In this document: positions 38,491-52,180 of the stretch, piece by piece
Layout: each line of letters opens with the position of its first letter
Numbering within the stretch: the stretch's first letter is position 1
Source of the DNA: Eledone cirrhosa
Lineage: Eukaryota
Assembly (NCBI GenBank): GCA_964016885.1
Contig: OZ024740.1
Location: 112,344,001-112,408,000 of the forward strand
Length of the DNA: 64,000 bases
Direction of reading: 5' to 3'
Translations under genes and position numbers: made by a program
Notes under the pieces: model-generated
What the model was told of the DNA's origin: nothing
Seen by the model: the letters and a program-made list of their open reading frames with translations, nothing else
The model's database searches: none

Positions 38491-40619
38491 TATATATATA
38501 TATATATATATATAGTAATAATAATAAATTTGAAGACTAAAATGCAATAAGGATAAATATATATCAGATATATAAGAACCGTAGAGCAAATATTTAAAAT
38601 AACAGAAGCACACACACACACAAACATACATGCTGTACTGCAGAATACCACCATTTGCTGTGAACAAAATTAAACAAAGCAAATATGCAGAGGACATACT
38701 AGCCTGCAGCAATTAGCATCCAGTCCACACTGTAATGTAGTTGGTGTTAAGAAGAGCACCCAGCTATAGAAACCAAGCCAAAATACAGATGCGTATAAGC
38801 ATGATGTGGGCCCCCGTCTAACCCATGCAAGCATGGAAAATGGATGTAAAATGATTGTTTCTACTTTAGGCACAAGGCCAGCAATTACCCAGTGCATTAC
38901 TGGTACTTTATTTTATCGATCCCGTAAGGATGAAAATGGATGTAAAATGATGATGATGAAACACAATATAATTGCACAATAAAACATTACTACTACTGTT
39001 ACTATCATCACTATAACTACCACCACTACTACTACTTACTTTTAATTAAACATCACTGGATATTTTATTGAATTTGCTTATTTCTTAATTAATTCTATAC
39101 CATTGCCGCCCCCCCCCCCCCCCCCCTGCTGCTCCCCACACCCCATCTCACATCACCCAACTCACCCACACCCCATCTCAAACCCCACTCCAACTATTTT
39201 GGAATAGTCTGTGTGAACAGTAATTAAAGACTATGTATGTGTGTGTGTACATGAAGGTGAATATGTGTATATATGTATGTGTACATACGTGTATCTGTGT
39301 AAGTGTATATATGTATGTGTATATATGTGTGTGTTTGAATGTGGTAAAATATGGGGAACAGAATCATGACAAAGACGATTTAACTTTTCTTACGATGGTT
39401 GGCATATGTGGATTGGTGGGTAATGATATTGTTGATGATGATGATGTTGATTGTGTTGCCAGTTGTAATGCTACTTATGATGATGATGATGATGGTAGTG
39501 CCGGGTGATGAGGATAGATGATGGCCACACTAATAATGGTGATGATGATGATGATGATAGTTGGTGTTTATCCTCAGGTAGTCAACCCTAACTGAACAAA
39601 TATATGATCAAAGACATTCCAACCATGACTGTCCCGTCTTTGTTTACTTAAACATCGAGCCCCTATCTCCTTGCCCTGGACTACAGTATCAATGCGCCTT
39701 TTTTTTCTTAAAAAATATAGTGGAATATGGTTTGAATAAGATTTGGTTGTTGTTTTTAGCATTTTGAGCAACCTTGTAGTGGCTCCCTTATTGAGAATGA
39801 TGGTGGCTGGGGGGCTAGAAATATTGCAAAAGTACTTATCAAGTATGCTGACCACAACATATAACTTCAAACACTTCTTAGGTAGACTTAACCACTTAGT
39901 CACTATAATAGGTGTGTACAAATGAATATGTAGGGGTGGAACATTTAATTAAGAAGTAATTAGTATTTGATATCAACAATGTGACTGAATAGAAATGCCT
40001 CAGAGGGGGTCTTCTGCATATTAAATGCATACATAAGGAAGGCCCCCACATATGTAATATAGTAATTTCAAAAGCTTTGATCAACTGAGTTTATCCAAGC
40101 TATAAGTAGACAAAAAACTACCTCAAGGGATGTTTAACCCTTTCTTTACCATACTTTTAATGAAATGTGTTGTATTTCAATTAACACTTTTTATATCAAA
40201 CTGCTGAAACCATCCCTAGTTCAACATTATAAAACTGTTTGTTTTTATGTGTTTATCTAAAATTCTTCTAAAACAATTTTATGTAAGAACTTTTAAGTTA
40301 TATTCCAAACATCAGTTTCATAATGAGAAAGTCAGCTATATTACAAAATATCTCTGAATTCTTGATTATTTTCAAAATAATTTGAAAATTATAGGCAATG
40401 ATGGCAACAAAGGGGGTAATGAAGATTATGGTGGGTTTTGTAAAAATTATTCATTATTTCATTATTATCATGGTATTTGTAAAAAGGTTTTTATATCAAA
40501 TTATAAAGACGCATTTTAAGGCCATATTCCCTGTTAAAGTAGAGGTAAAAACCTTTGTGGGCCTCCTGATAAACATTTTACCCTATTATGTGCATCCCCT
40601 TTACCAACCCCTTAACTTT

Positions 40620-41530
40620 CATTTCCTCATTCATCTTTAGCCATGTCATTCTTGGTTACCCCTTTCTCTAATTCCTTCCACTTTTCTTTCCGTCCTTCCT
40701 CTCACTCAGTCACTTTCATCTTTCCTCAACACATGACCCAACCATCTCATTCTACTTATCTTCCTAACATTCATCAGTGATTCTATTCACTATATCCTCA
40801 GCAACTTATTGTTTGTCCTCCTCTCACTGAACAATATTCCACTCATCCACTTGACCATTCATATTTCCATTCTCTCCATCCTTCTCTGTTGCTCCACATC
40901 AAACACACAAATCCCACTTCCATAAATCATGGCACTTCTCACACATTCAACATACACCTTTTCTTTTTAGTTTTAGTGACATTCCCCTCCTCACTAACAC
41001 ACCACTCAGTTCCCACAACTTCTTCCATACACATCTCACTTGAGATACTCTCAGAGTCTAATCCACCTTCTCTATTCGACATATCTCCAGCATTTTCACA
41101 TCTTCCATCTTCACACTATTCCTACGACACAACTCAACACCTGCTTCATCTGTAGCTCTCTACACACACATAAATGTAGCTACCACAATATTAAATAATT
41201 CCTTCACTCCACATGTTTGTACCCATCCAGTGTATATCATACATTGAATACTGAAACGTCCTTCCTGCACACTGTACTCAGCCACTTTCCTGTTCTTTTC
41301 TATCTCACCAAATACTTTACCACTTTCCAATATTCATCTTCATACCTTTTGCCTCAATACATTTCTTCCATCTATTCATCATTTCTCTCAGACCATCAGT
41401 ATACAACTCCCATAATAAATGCCCCATTACAATTTAGACTAGTAGTTCCATCCCAACTACAAATATTAGTTGGTTTAATACTGATCCCTGATGCACTCCA
41501 AACTTCAAACTTATCACTCTTCCTATCCTT
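40620..41530 (-). mobile_element. Ancient RTE fragment (family C) also carrying a Cys-rich insert
   Basis: The minus strand gives frameshifted [22 protein letters not shown]...SIQC...WV and MRWLGHVLRK. Confidence 0.7.
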
Positions 41531-41839
41531 TATTTTTACAACCATACACTTTCACCAGATTAACAAACCCCAAAACAAGCAGATTTTAATTAAAATAGAA
41601 ACCTTTTAAAATGTGTGATTTCGTTCCATTGAACCAGAGGTAGTTTTGGGTGGGTTAGTACCAAAATTATTAAAATTTGAAAACAAGGACAATAACTCCA
41701 ATAAAGCCAGTTGAATGAAGTTTATGGACAATGTAGATTGAAGTGGATCTAGTCTTTAAGCCTTGTAATAAATAAGTTAAGTAAATATTCATAATGAAAT
41801 AATTTTAGTAAATCCTCCAAAATTCTTCATTAATTCCCA

Positions 41840-42203
41840 GAGACCTCTGGTCATCTTCCACCCCTTCCTTGCCACACTTGAATTCATTAACCAAGCATTT
41901 GACCATGGCATATGACAGGGCTTCTTCTTCTAATATGCCTAACATGTCCTTACAGATCTCAGCTGGGATTATGTCTTTCAACTGCAGATACTTGATCATT
42001 GCTTGATACTTGAATTTCTCCATTTTTTCATAAAACGCATGATTACATCAACTTTAAGAATCTGCGAAAAGAAACGAAAAAGGTTTCAGACCACGAAACC
42101 TGACTAGCAATGTAAGAACGTCACAGATATTACAAACAAAATTTCATTTGCATACCTATTTGGTTCGAGTGTGAGGCTCGAATCTTTTCAGTCTCCCCTC
42201 GTA
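41840..42203 (-). mobile_element. mariner transposon 5' fragment
   Basis: TIR TACGAGGGGAGACTGAAAAG; ORF 41805-42023 resembles the mariner HTH N-terminus (IKYL...EI...EFKCG...VEDDQRS). Confidence 0.75.
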
Positions 42204-42371
42204 TAATGGGGTTGCTGCTTATGAATATCAACTATGCCGCTGAGAGATAATATAGCAGTGGTAATGATAATGATGATGGTGGTGGTAGTAATGATGGTGG
42301 TGGCGATAATGATGGTGGTGGTGGTGGTGGTAATGATGGTGGTGGCGATAATGATGGTGGTAACGATGGTC

Positions 42372-42571
42372 NNNNNNNNNNNNNNNNNNNNNNNNNNNNN
42401 NNNNNNNNNNNNNNNNNNNNNNNNNNNNNNNNNNNNNNNNNNNNNNNNNNNNNNNNNNNNNNNNNNNNNNNNNNNNNNNNNNNNNNNNNNNNNNNNNNNN
42501 NNNNNNNNNNNNNNNNNNNNNNNNNNNNNNNNNNNNNNNNNNNNNNNNNNNNNNNNNNNNNNNNNNNNNNN
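42372..42571. other. Assembly gap (200 N)
   Basis: Run of N. Confidence 0.99.
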
Positions 42572-42700
42572 TAGAAGGAGCAACGTGAAATAAAGTCTCT
42601 TGCCCAAGGACATAACTCATCGCCTGGTCCGGGAATCGAACTCACTACCTCATGATTGCGAATCTAATTCTCTAACCACTCAGCCACGTGCCTTCACTTA

Positions 42701-42799
<99 letters not shown>

Positions 42800-44572
42800 T
42801 CACACACACTCGTTAAAACAACAACAGTGTTGGGACTATTTGTCATTTTTTATCTCATACTGTAATGTATACATACTCATTTTTATATCCACTTTTCTAT
42901 ACTAACATCGGTTGGACGAAAGTATATTTCACGCTGTAGTCTAGGATTGTATGTTCTTCCTGACACCAACCTTCACTTATTTTTAAGTATCTTACTCTAT
43001 TTCACTGATCTTCACCATCCATTTTCCTTGCTGGCATGGGTTGGATGGGCCATCACAGTCCAAGACTAGATAGATCAGAAAATCTTGTTTTGTTCATGCA
43101 TTTTATTTTTGCCAGAATTTCTATAGCTGGATGCAGATTGCGAGACTTTGAAGAGGTTCCCTAATCTTTATATTTAGATAGTATAGGACAAGTAGAATGT
43201 AGACTAGTAAAATCTTTATAATTACAAGAGTTGTCCGTAGATGTTCCATAGGGCCCTGCTTAGAATTTCTTGGCATTTCTACATCATCAATGACAAAGTC
43301 ATGGAAAGGACCGAGCTGAGAAATTTATGGAATATCATTACTGTATGAAAATGGATGTTGCTTGGTCATATGCTACACAGGCCTATGAAAAGACAAATTA
43401 ATTCCTCCTTTGAGTGGAAATGAAAAGGTGGTTGTGATGGGATTGATAGTGGTGGTAGTGGAGGTGGGACTTTGGAGCCAATGTAAACCAGTCAGAAATT
43501 AAATTGTCAACATTTACTTTGCTCTAGCTTTAGCTTATCTATCATTTCTTTGGGGGGGGGGGTCAGTTTCTTGGTGAATCTCCAAAGAATTGATCATCCA
43601 TTTATATATATATGTGTGTGTATATACACACACACCTGTGATTAAGAAAGAAAGGTAAGATAAGGGAATACACACACTCACACACATACATACAGAGGAA
43701 ATGACGAAAGAGCATGATGAAAGAAGAGATACTGTGCTGAAAAGGACCCGTCCCACCCTTGCAAGCAGGAAAAAGCGGACGTAAAATGATGATGATGATG
43801 ATATATATATATATATCCAGGTCTGTTTTTATCATTTATTTTGTTTGACCTGTTTAGCTTGATTTGTTTTTTGGCTTAGGTGGTTGATGCCTTCTTGACC
43901 ACTTTTTCAGTTTGTATGGCGTTTTAACATATTGTTTAGCTCTGGTTTTTTAACTATGGAGCGCTTGCCAGCATAACCCTGATTTTGCGGTTCGTTTCGC
44001 TTTTTCTACCCGCCAAAATGCGATTCTCGCTGAATTTATATTTATATATATACACACACATACATATGTATATATAATGAGTTACAACATCACTCATGTA
44101 CAACGCTGTTGATGTAGAGAGGGGAGACTAGTATGCGACTACTTGTGTTCCATAAAAACACCTTGCCTGACCAAGCTTGTGCAAATCCTGTGGTCATTCA
44201 TGATTGAAGGGGGTCTTTACTCTCTATTATACATCTATCTTCCTATTTATCTATCCTACCTATTTATATTCCTATATACTTACCTACATATCTGCCTATC
44301 TGTCTGTCTGTCTGTCCTTCCATCTATCCATCCATCCATCAATCTATCTCTCTATGTTATGTTTACCATTATATTTTCTTAAAGCATTATCTTCTTTTTC
44401 TCTTTCCATTACATGCCTTAAGGTGTTACAATTGGCTGTTCTTGCTATAAATCCTATCAGTCTTTCTTACCATTTGTGTCAAAAATCAATGAAACACTGT
44501 TCCAATACTTTCCACCCACAGGCTGCTTGGGTTTTAGTTTGGGGTTTTTGGTTTTTGTTTCTTCAGCCAATA

Positions 44573-44623
<51 letters not shown>

Positions 44624-44825
44624 GTTGCTGCTACTACAACTACTACTGCTACTACCACCACCACCACCACCACAACAACAACAACAACAATAATGGTGAT
44701 GGCTTCTTTTATTGTCCACCGGGGCTCTAATCATTGGTGATCAATACAAGGGTGAAAAACAACACAATGTGTAACACAGTAGGCAGTACAACATTCTAAT
44801 ATTAATAATAAGACAATAATAATAA

Positions 44826-45732
44826 TAATTGTTTCTACTTTTGGCACAAGGCCAGCAATTACCCAGTGTATTACTGGTACTTTATTTTATCGACCCCGTA
44901 AGGATGAAAGGCAAAGTTAACTTTGGCGGGATTTGAACTCAGACCATAAAGGGCCGTAACTCTATACTGCAAAGCATGGCGTCCGACCCTCTACCAATAT
45001 TGCCAATCCACTGCCCTTATAATAATAATGGTTCCTTTATTAGCCACACAGGGCTTACATTAAGAGGACAATAAAGATGGTACAAGACAGTACTGTGTGG
45101 GTTTTTTATGTGAAACAAATGTTTATAACAAAGACTAGAAAAATAAACATTTGAAAATACAAACAATAATTGTTTTTACTTTAGGCACAAGGCCAGCAAT
45201 TACCCAGTGCATTACTGGTACTTTATTTTATCGACCTTGTAATGATGAAAGGTATAGCTAACCTCAGCAGGAGTTGAACTCAGAACGTAAAGGGCCATGA
45301 CCCTATGCTGCAAAGGATGGTGTCTGATGCTCTACCGATACTGCCAATCCACCAATCATAACAGATAACAATAGTAATAGTTGTTTCTGATTTAGGCACA
45401 AGGCCAGCAATTTGAAGGGGTGGTGCATTACTAGTACTTTATTTTATCGACGGGGCCATAACTCTATGCTGCAAAGGATGGTGTCCGACGCTCTACCGAT
45501 ACTTCCCAATCTACTGCCCTTATAATAATCATAATAATAATTGTTTCTACATTTGGCACAAGGCCAGCAATTACCCCAGTGCATTACTGGTACTTTATTT
45601 TATCGACCCCTGAAAGAATGAAAGGCAAAGTTAACCTCGGCGGGATTTGAACTCAGACCGTAAAGGGTCGTAACTCTATACTGCAAAGCATGGTGTCCGA
45701 CCCTCTACCGATACTGCCAATTCACCGCCCTT
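44826..45732 (-). mobile_element. Stack of four Nin-type SINEs plus a Tx1-like LINE tail (45018-45165)
   Basis: Copies at about 44826, 45167, 45378 and 45538, all minus, separated by (AAT)n-like spacers. Confidence 0.8.
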
Positions 45733-45760
45733 ATAATAATAAGAAGAAGAGGAACAACAG

Positions 45761-45792
<32 letters not shown>

Positions 45793-45818
45793 ACAACAAC
45801 AACAACAACAATATAGTA

Positions 45819-45851
<33 letters not shown>

Positions 45852-46233
45852 ATAGTAGCATCAAGAGATTTGTTGCTCTTGCAAACATTCATTCCTTATT
45901 TTGTTTCCTCCTTAGGGTTGTTTTTAGGAGAAAATAATGATGCCGAAGGTGAAGGTCCATTGTTATAATGCAAATATATGTTCCCTGCTTTAGTATCTAA
46001 TGTGTGTGGCTTGGTGAGTGGGTGGGTCATCGATGCAGTCTTGGTGATATCTCTACTGAGAGGAAGAAGCTGCTGGCTGTAGAGGAGGAGATGAGAAAGA
46101 ATTACTTGCTTAAACCCCAGTAGTTATTTTACTGTTATTTTTTTCTATACTTACCATATATATATATATACATGTGTGTATGTGTGTGTGTGTGTATATA
46201 TATATGTGTGTGTGTGTATATATATATATATAT

Positions 46234-48708
46234 AACTTCAAAAAACGTGACAATCACCTGATCACCTATAGATCCGGGGAACACACAAGCCAGGTAGATT
46301 ATATCCTTACCAGAAGACGTGACAGAGTGTCTGTTGTTAACACTAAATCCCTCCCCCTTGAAGAATGCACCTCCCAACATAGACTGATAATTAGCGACCT
46401 CATAGTCAGGACGAGACGTACTCGACAACAGAAGAGGACTATCCTCAGGAGGAAAATATGGAAGTTAAAGGACCCCACAGCCAGGAATAAATTTCAAAGC
46501 ATATTACTTGATGCTTTCGACAGTAAGGAAGAACATTTAGAGTCGGACAATATAGAGGGAGAGTGGGAATTTCTGAAAGCAAACCTGCTGTTGGCGACAG
46601 ACGAGGTCTGTGGCTGGAGCAGGCCTGTAGGCAGGAGGAGAGTAACATGGTGGTGGAACAGTAAGGTGGAGGGGTCAATTAAGGCCAAAAAGCAGGCTTG
46701 GAAAGTATGGCGGGATGGGGGAAGTAGAGAGGACTATCAAGTGGCCAGGAGGGAAGCTAGGAGACAAGTGTACTTAGCAAGAAGGGAAGCTGAGGAAAGA
46801 AAGTTCAAGCATGTTCTACAACGCGATGACCAAAAACGTGAGGTGTTCAGGATTGCTAGGCAATGCGTCAAGGAAAACCGTGATATTGTCGGGGAGAAGT
46901 GTGTACTAAACGACGATGGCACACTTGCCATCACCGACGCTGATAAGAAGGTAGCTTGGAAGTGTCACTATGAAAGGCTTCTAAATGAGGAGAATAATTG
47001 GGAGAAAGGCAGTCTCCCCCATATCGACCCAATAGAGGGACCAGCAGTGTTAGTCGAGGGGAGTATAATAAGTAAGGCAATCAAGGATATGAAGACTGGT
47101 AAGGCGGCTGGGCCTTCGGAAATAGTTGCTGAGATGCTGAAGGCATCTGGCACGGTGGGACACACCATGGTCACCCGCATAGTTAACCAAGTCGTACAAA
47201 ACGGGGTTGTTCCGAAGGACTGGCATAGCAGCATCATCGTTAACTGTTATAAGGGTAAAGGAGACGCCCTAGATAGGAGTAACTATAGAGGCATTAAATT
47301 AATCGACCAGGTCATGAAGGTCACGGAAAGAGTAATAGCGCAACTAATCAGAGAGAGAATTGACCTAGATGAAATGCAGTTCGGGTTTGTGTCAGGCAAA
47401 AGTACCACAGACGCTCTTTTCATAGTACGACAACTACAAGAGAAGTACCTAGCTAAAGGTAAACCCCTCTACTTAGCTTTTGTCGACTTGGAGAAAGCCT
47501 TCGACAGAGTCCCCCGCTCCATTATCTGGTGGGCTCTTAGAAAACTAGGCGTTGACGAATGGCTTGTGAGGGCTATACAAGCCATGTATAAAGAAACAGT
47601 CAGCAAGGTTAGAATTAACAACGAATATAGTGAAGAGTTTAGCGTAAAAGTCGGCGTCCATCAGGGCTCTGTTCTCAGTCCACTACTATTTATTATTGCC
47701 CTTCAGGCCATAACAGAGGAGTTCAAGACAGGCTGCCCATGGGAACTCCTATACGCAGACGACCTGACACTCATAGCGGAATCAATGGCCGAGCTAGAGA
47801 AGAAATTCCAAACATGGAAGCACGGCCTAGAGTCAAAAGGACTTAAAATTAACCTGGCTAAGACCAAAGTACTAGTTTGTAGGAAAGAAAACAAGGCGGC
47901 GGTCCCTTCTGGGAAATGGTCGTGCTCGGTGTGTAGGAAAGGCGTAGGTAGAAACTCCATTTTATGTCCTAAATGCAAAGTATGGGTGCATAAAAGATGT
48001 AGTGGGATCACAGGTAGGCTAACTAAGAACATAGATTTTACATGTGGCCGGTGCTCTGGTGCAATAAGTAGCAGCAAGTGCCCACAAACTACTAGCTCTT
48101 TCAATTGCGCAGAGGGTTCTATAGAAATAGTGGACAGCTTCCGTTACCTGGGCGATAAAATCAGCAGTGGGGGAGGGTGCTCTGAAAGTACTGTAGCTAG
48201 AGTCAGAACTGGTTGGAAAAAGTTCAGAGAGCTTATACCACTATTAGCTGCTAAAGGGTTCTCACTAAAAATGAAAGGCAGGTTGTACGATGCCTGCATA
48301 CGAACAGCAATGCTGCATGGCAGTGAGACCTGGGCATTGTGTGCAGAGGATATACGCAGACTAGAGAGGAACGAAGCTTGCATGCTCCGCTGGATGTGTA
48401 ACAGTAATATACGTGAACGGCAAAGCATAAACGAACTAAGGAATAAATTAGAGATAAGAGGGATCAGATGTTGTTTACTCGAGAGAAGGCTACGTTGGTA
48501 TGGACACGTGATGCGCATGAAAGTCGATAGCTGTATAACAAAGTGCAGGGCAATAAAGATAGACGGTAGTCACGGAATAGGCAGACCTAGAAAAACCTGG
48601 GACGAGCTGATAAACTCCGACATCACACACTTACACCTCTCCAAGACAATGTCACTGGACCGAGACCTTTGGCGGTACTCAGTAACAGAGAAGACCCGCC
48701 TTACCTAA
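46234..48708 (+). CDS. RTE ORF: C-terminal part of APE endonuclease, reverse transcriptase with PHD-like insert, C-terminal domain (no start codon retained)
   Basis: QVDYIL...SQHR (APE end), [35 protein letters not shown]. Confidence 0.9.
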   Translation, partial: NFKKRDNHLITYRSGEHTSQVDYILTRRRDRVSVVNTKSLPLEECTSQHRLIISDLIVRTRRTRQQKRTILRRKIWKLKDPTARNKFQSILLDAFDSKEEHLESDNIEGEWEFLKANLLLATDEVCGWSRPVGRRRVTWWWNSKVEGSIKAKKQAWKVWRDGGSREDYQVARREARRQVYLARREAEERKFKHVLQRDDQKREVFRIARQCVKENRDIVGEKCVLNDDGTLAITDADKKVAWKCHYERLLNEENNWEKGSLPHIDPIEGPAVLVEGSIISKAIKDMKTGKAAGPSEIVAEMLKASGTVGHTMVTRIVNQVVQNGVVPKDWHSSIIVNCYKGKGDALDRSNYRGIKLIDQVMKVTERVIAQLIRERIDLDEMQFGFVSGKSTTDALFIVRQLQEKYLAKGKPLYLAFVDLEKAFDRVPRSIIWWALRKLGVDEWLVRAIQAMYKETVSKVRINNEYSEEFSVKVGVHQGSVLSPLLFIIALQAITEEFKTGCPWELLYADDLTLIAESMAELEKKFQTWKHGLESKGLKINLAKTKVLVCRKENKAAVPSGKWSCSVCRKGVGRNSILCPKCKVWVHKRCSGITGRLTKNIDFTCGRCSGAISSSKCPQTTSSFNCAEGSIEIVDSFRYLGDKISSGGGCSESTVARVRTGWKKFRELIPLLAAKGFSLKMKGRLYDACIRTAMLHGSETWALCAEDIRRLERNEACMLRWMCNSNIRERQSINELRNKLEIRGIRCCLLERRLRWYGHVMRMKVDSCITKCRAIKIDGSHGIGRPRKTWDELINSDITHLHLSKTMSLDRDLWRYSVTEKTRLT

Positions 48709-49100
48709 ATATATAGTAAAACCTACTCCAGCCAGTAGGCATCTCTAACAAATACACCCCGTCCCACCACCCCCACCCGATCCACACCACCCCGTTCTAT
48801 GTAAAGTTATGTTGGTGCCGCGCCATCGAGGCCGAAACAAATGAGATCGTGTAGGTGTCACGACAAAAAAACACACAGTCCACGCTGTAATGTGGCCGTG
48901 TAGGCAACACGGTAAAAACCTCCCAGACCCACACTGTAAATGTGGTTGGTGTTAGGAAGGGCATCCAACTGTAGAAAACCTGCCAGACAGTCCTATGCGA
49001 GCAAGACAATCACTCTTGCCTCAAGTGGGACTACCCCCGTCCAAACCCATGCAAGCGTGGAACACGGACGTTAAACGCTGATGATGATGATGATGATGAT
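46234..49100 (+). mobile_element. RTE-clade LINE family A, longest copy (5'-truncated in the APE domain)
   Basis: Uninterrupted ORF, 3'UTR and (GAT)n tail, flanked by (TA/TG)n. Confidence 0.97.
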
Positions 49101-49204
49101 GTGTGTATGTGTGTGTGTGTGTATATATATATATATGTATATATACATGTGTATATGTATGTATGTATGTATATATATATATACATGTGTATATGTATAT
49201 ATAT

Positions 49205-49253
<49 letters not shown>

Positions 49254-49289
49254 CATACATACTTGTGTATATGTCTGTATATATGTATG

Positions 49290-49334
<45 letters not shown>

Positions 49335-49783
49335 TTGTGTATATGTCTGTATATATATAAATCATATTTTATTGTATTATTATTGGAATAAAGGAATCAC
49401 CAGAAAGATTTTCATTGCTTATATGCTCCCACCCCGACTTTGCTAGATTTTGATAACATTTCTCTGAATAGTTCTTTCCGAAATAGCCATCCCATTCCTA
49501 AGTATCCTTTGCTATGTATAGAAAGAACAACCCAAATGTTGCTCATATTTTTTTTATTATTATTATCACACCTTTGCTAAGGAATATCCCTATTAATCTA
49601 TATATATAATGTTTTCTTCTGTGTTAGTATATGTGTGTGTTTGTGTGTGATAATGTAGCTGAATGTCAGGTGTGTGTGTGAGTGTAATTATATATGTGTG
49701 GTAATATAAATAAATGTTAGGTGTTTTATATGGTGTGTGTGTAATAACATTTGTGTCATAATGTTACTGAATGTCAAGGTGTT

Positions 49784-49828
<45 letters not shown>

Positions 49829-49847
49829 ATATATATATGTGTGTGTG

Positions 49848-49952
<105 letters not shown>

Positions 49953-50559
49953 CTGTGTGTACATATATTTATGTGATAACAGGTGAATGTCATGTGTGTG
50001 TGTGTGTGTATCATTGTTTGTGTGATAACATAGGTGTGTATGTGTGTGCGAGTCAGAAATTGTGTTTTGAAATTCTGTCTTTCACATTGTGAATATACTT
50101 CGGAGTGAAAGAGAAAGACTTAGACGGTAGAACATAATCAGAGAGAGAGAGAGAGAGAGAACATAATTACACAGAGAGAGGGGAGAAGAAGGGAAGAAAG
50201 AGAATGGCTGGAATATCATCATCATCACCGTTTTATGTCTGTTCTTGCACGCTAGCATGAATGAAACAAAAGGTAAGAGGGACAAAATATGCGACATTTG
50301 TGAGTAAAAATGGCGAAAATAGTGGGGCACATAAATACCCACACACAATAAACATACATTCTTACATACATACACACACACATATATATGCACATATACA
50401 TACACATTCATGTACACACACACGTACAAAGAGGTCTATGCCAGCTAGATGAGACATTCATGAATGAATATCATAATTTTATATCTTCTTTTCTATGTAT
50501 AATCAGACTGGTCTTCTCTATCACAGTTTCCTTCCATTTGTTTCAAATTCAGCAATTTG

Positions 50560-50790
50560 AGATCAAGTCCCACCACTTTCATCCAGGTTTTCTTTGGTCT
50601 TCCTTTTCAGTTGCTTTCATCCACTTTCTTCCAATGAGATCTCTTAGCACTTCTTCACCCAACAATCATCATTCATACACATCACTTGTCCGTCATAGCA
50701 ATGCAATCTTTGGTCTTGCACATTATATCTAATTCATTTTCTGCCCAGTTTTCCTCTCAGCTTCTCCATGCTTTGCCTTTTATGCACATT
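50560..50790 (-). mobile_element. Old RTE 3' fragment
   Basis: Degenerate RPKKTW-coding and EKLRGKLG-coding segments on the minus strand. Confidence 0.45.
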
Positions 50791-51828
50791 AACACACACG
50801 CGCACACACACATAGTGACCAAGGGAACAGAAACACAAAAACCACAATAATATGGTACAAATTGGGAATATTAGTTTAACACTTTGGAGAAGTGATAAAA
50901 ATGTAAGTAGAATGTTTCAGATTATGCCCTTGTTCAGAAAATTGAGAAAGAATAGGGATGAGATACAGAGGGGAGGGTGCAGGAAAATAAAGGGGAAAAT
51001 GTATTGTTGAGGTGAGGCCATATAGGGTGAGTGTTTACATCTTGACTGAATTGGAAGTGAGAGACTGGAAAGTTAAAGGCAAATGATAATCTGAGATGTG
51101 TGGGTCCCTTTGAGTTAGTATGTGTATATCAAACTTGTTAGCGTATGTGAATTCTCACAACATCATTAGCACCTATGCATGTAGGTGTGCTGTAACCAGA
51201 AAATGGATACATACCCATGTAAACACATCCCCTCTCTCTCATATATATGAAAGAGAGTTCTGGAACTAGATGTTGAAATGGCAAGAGCTCAGCCGTCGAA
51301 GTCTCAACTCTTTCATATTACCACACTCTACTACCCCTACAATCCAGTACACTGGTGAGTAATGGTCTAACAGGTTTTTACTGCATCCATTTTGATATAT
51401 ATATATATTAGAGATCAGCTAATGATTCCTGTTATTCAGTTTCAAGCAATATGGGATCATCAGGCCAACCTTTAGATTAATAGTTGTGTGTTTAATAAGG
51501 CAAGAAATTATAGACTATGCTTGACCAAGATGTTTGAAATTCTTAAACGGCCAGTAATATATAGTAGCTGAAGAAGAGATCTGAGATACTATCTGCCAGC
51601 ACCAAATAACATTTCTTTTGGAGAATTTTCAAAGCTTCTCACATAGTAATTGATTCAGAATTATCTCTCCTGACATCCAGTTTAGCTCTTTTGATACAAG
51701 ACTGTTTAAAACTGCTCTAGTTCTATTTATCTACGATCCTTATTTTATGTACTATACCTTTATTAAATTGTAGTGCACCTGAGCACTGTACACAATAATT
51801 TTCATTATCATTATTATTTATACTTATC

Positions 51829-51930
51829 CCGCCGAGGTTAACTTTGCCTTTCATCCTTACGGGGTCGATAAAATAAAGTACCAGTAATACACTGGGATAA
51901 TTGCTGGCCTTGTGCCAAAAGTAGAAACAA
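51829..51930 (+). mobile_element. 5'-truncated Nin-type SINE with 19-bp TSD
   Basis: ATTATTATTTATACTTATC on both sides. Confidence 0.85.
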
Positions 51931-52180
51931 TTATTATTTATACTTATCTAAATCATAACTACATGTAAGAAATTTTGTTAAGTTATGTTCCCAACACCAG
52001 ATTAATAATGTGAAAGTTGAGTTATATTACTAAATCCCTTCATATTATAGATTGTTTTCAAATTAATAAAAAATCATAGAAAGTGCCTTTCATTAGAAAT
52101 ATGGTGACGAAGGGGTTAAACGAATGGTTTCTTCTACATAGTAGGAGTAAAATGTAGCATCAGCAACACCATCAAGATTC

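Noticed and set aside
42188-42645. ORFs spanning the gap
   Set aside because: Artefacts of N bases and (GGT/GAT)n repeats.
50905-50945. Minus-strand CTGAACA...GAAAC hammerhead-like motif
   Set aside because: G8 is lost and the stems are poorly paired.
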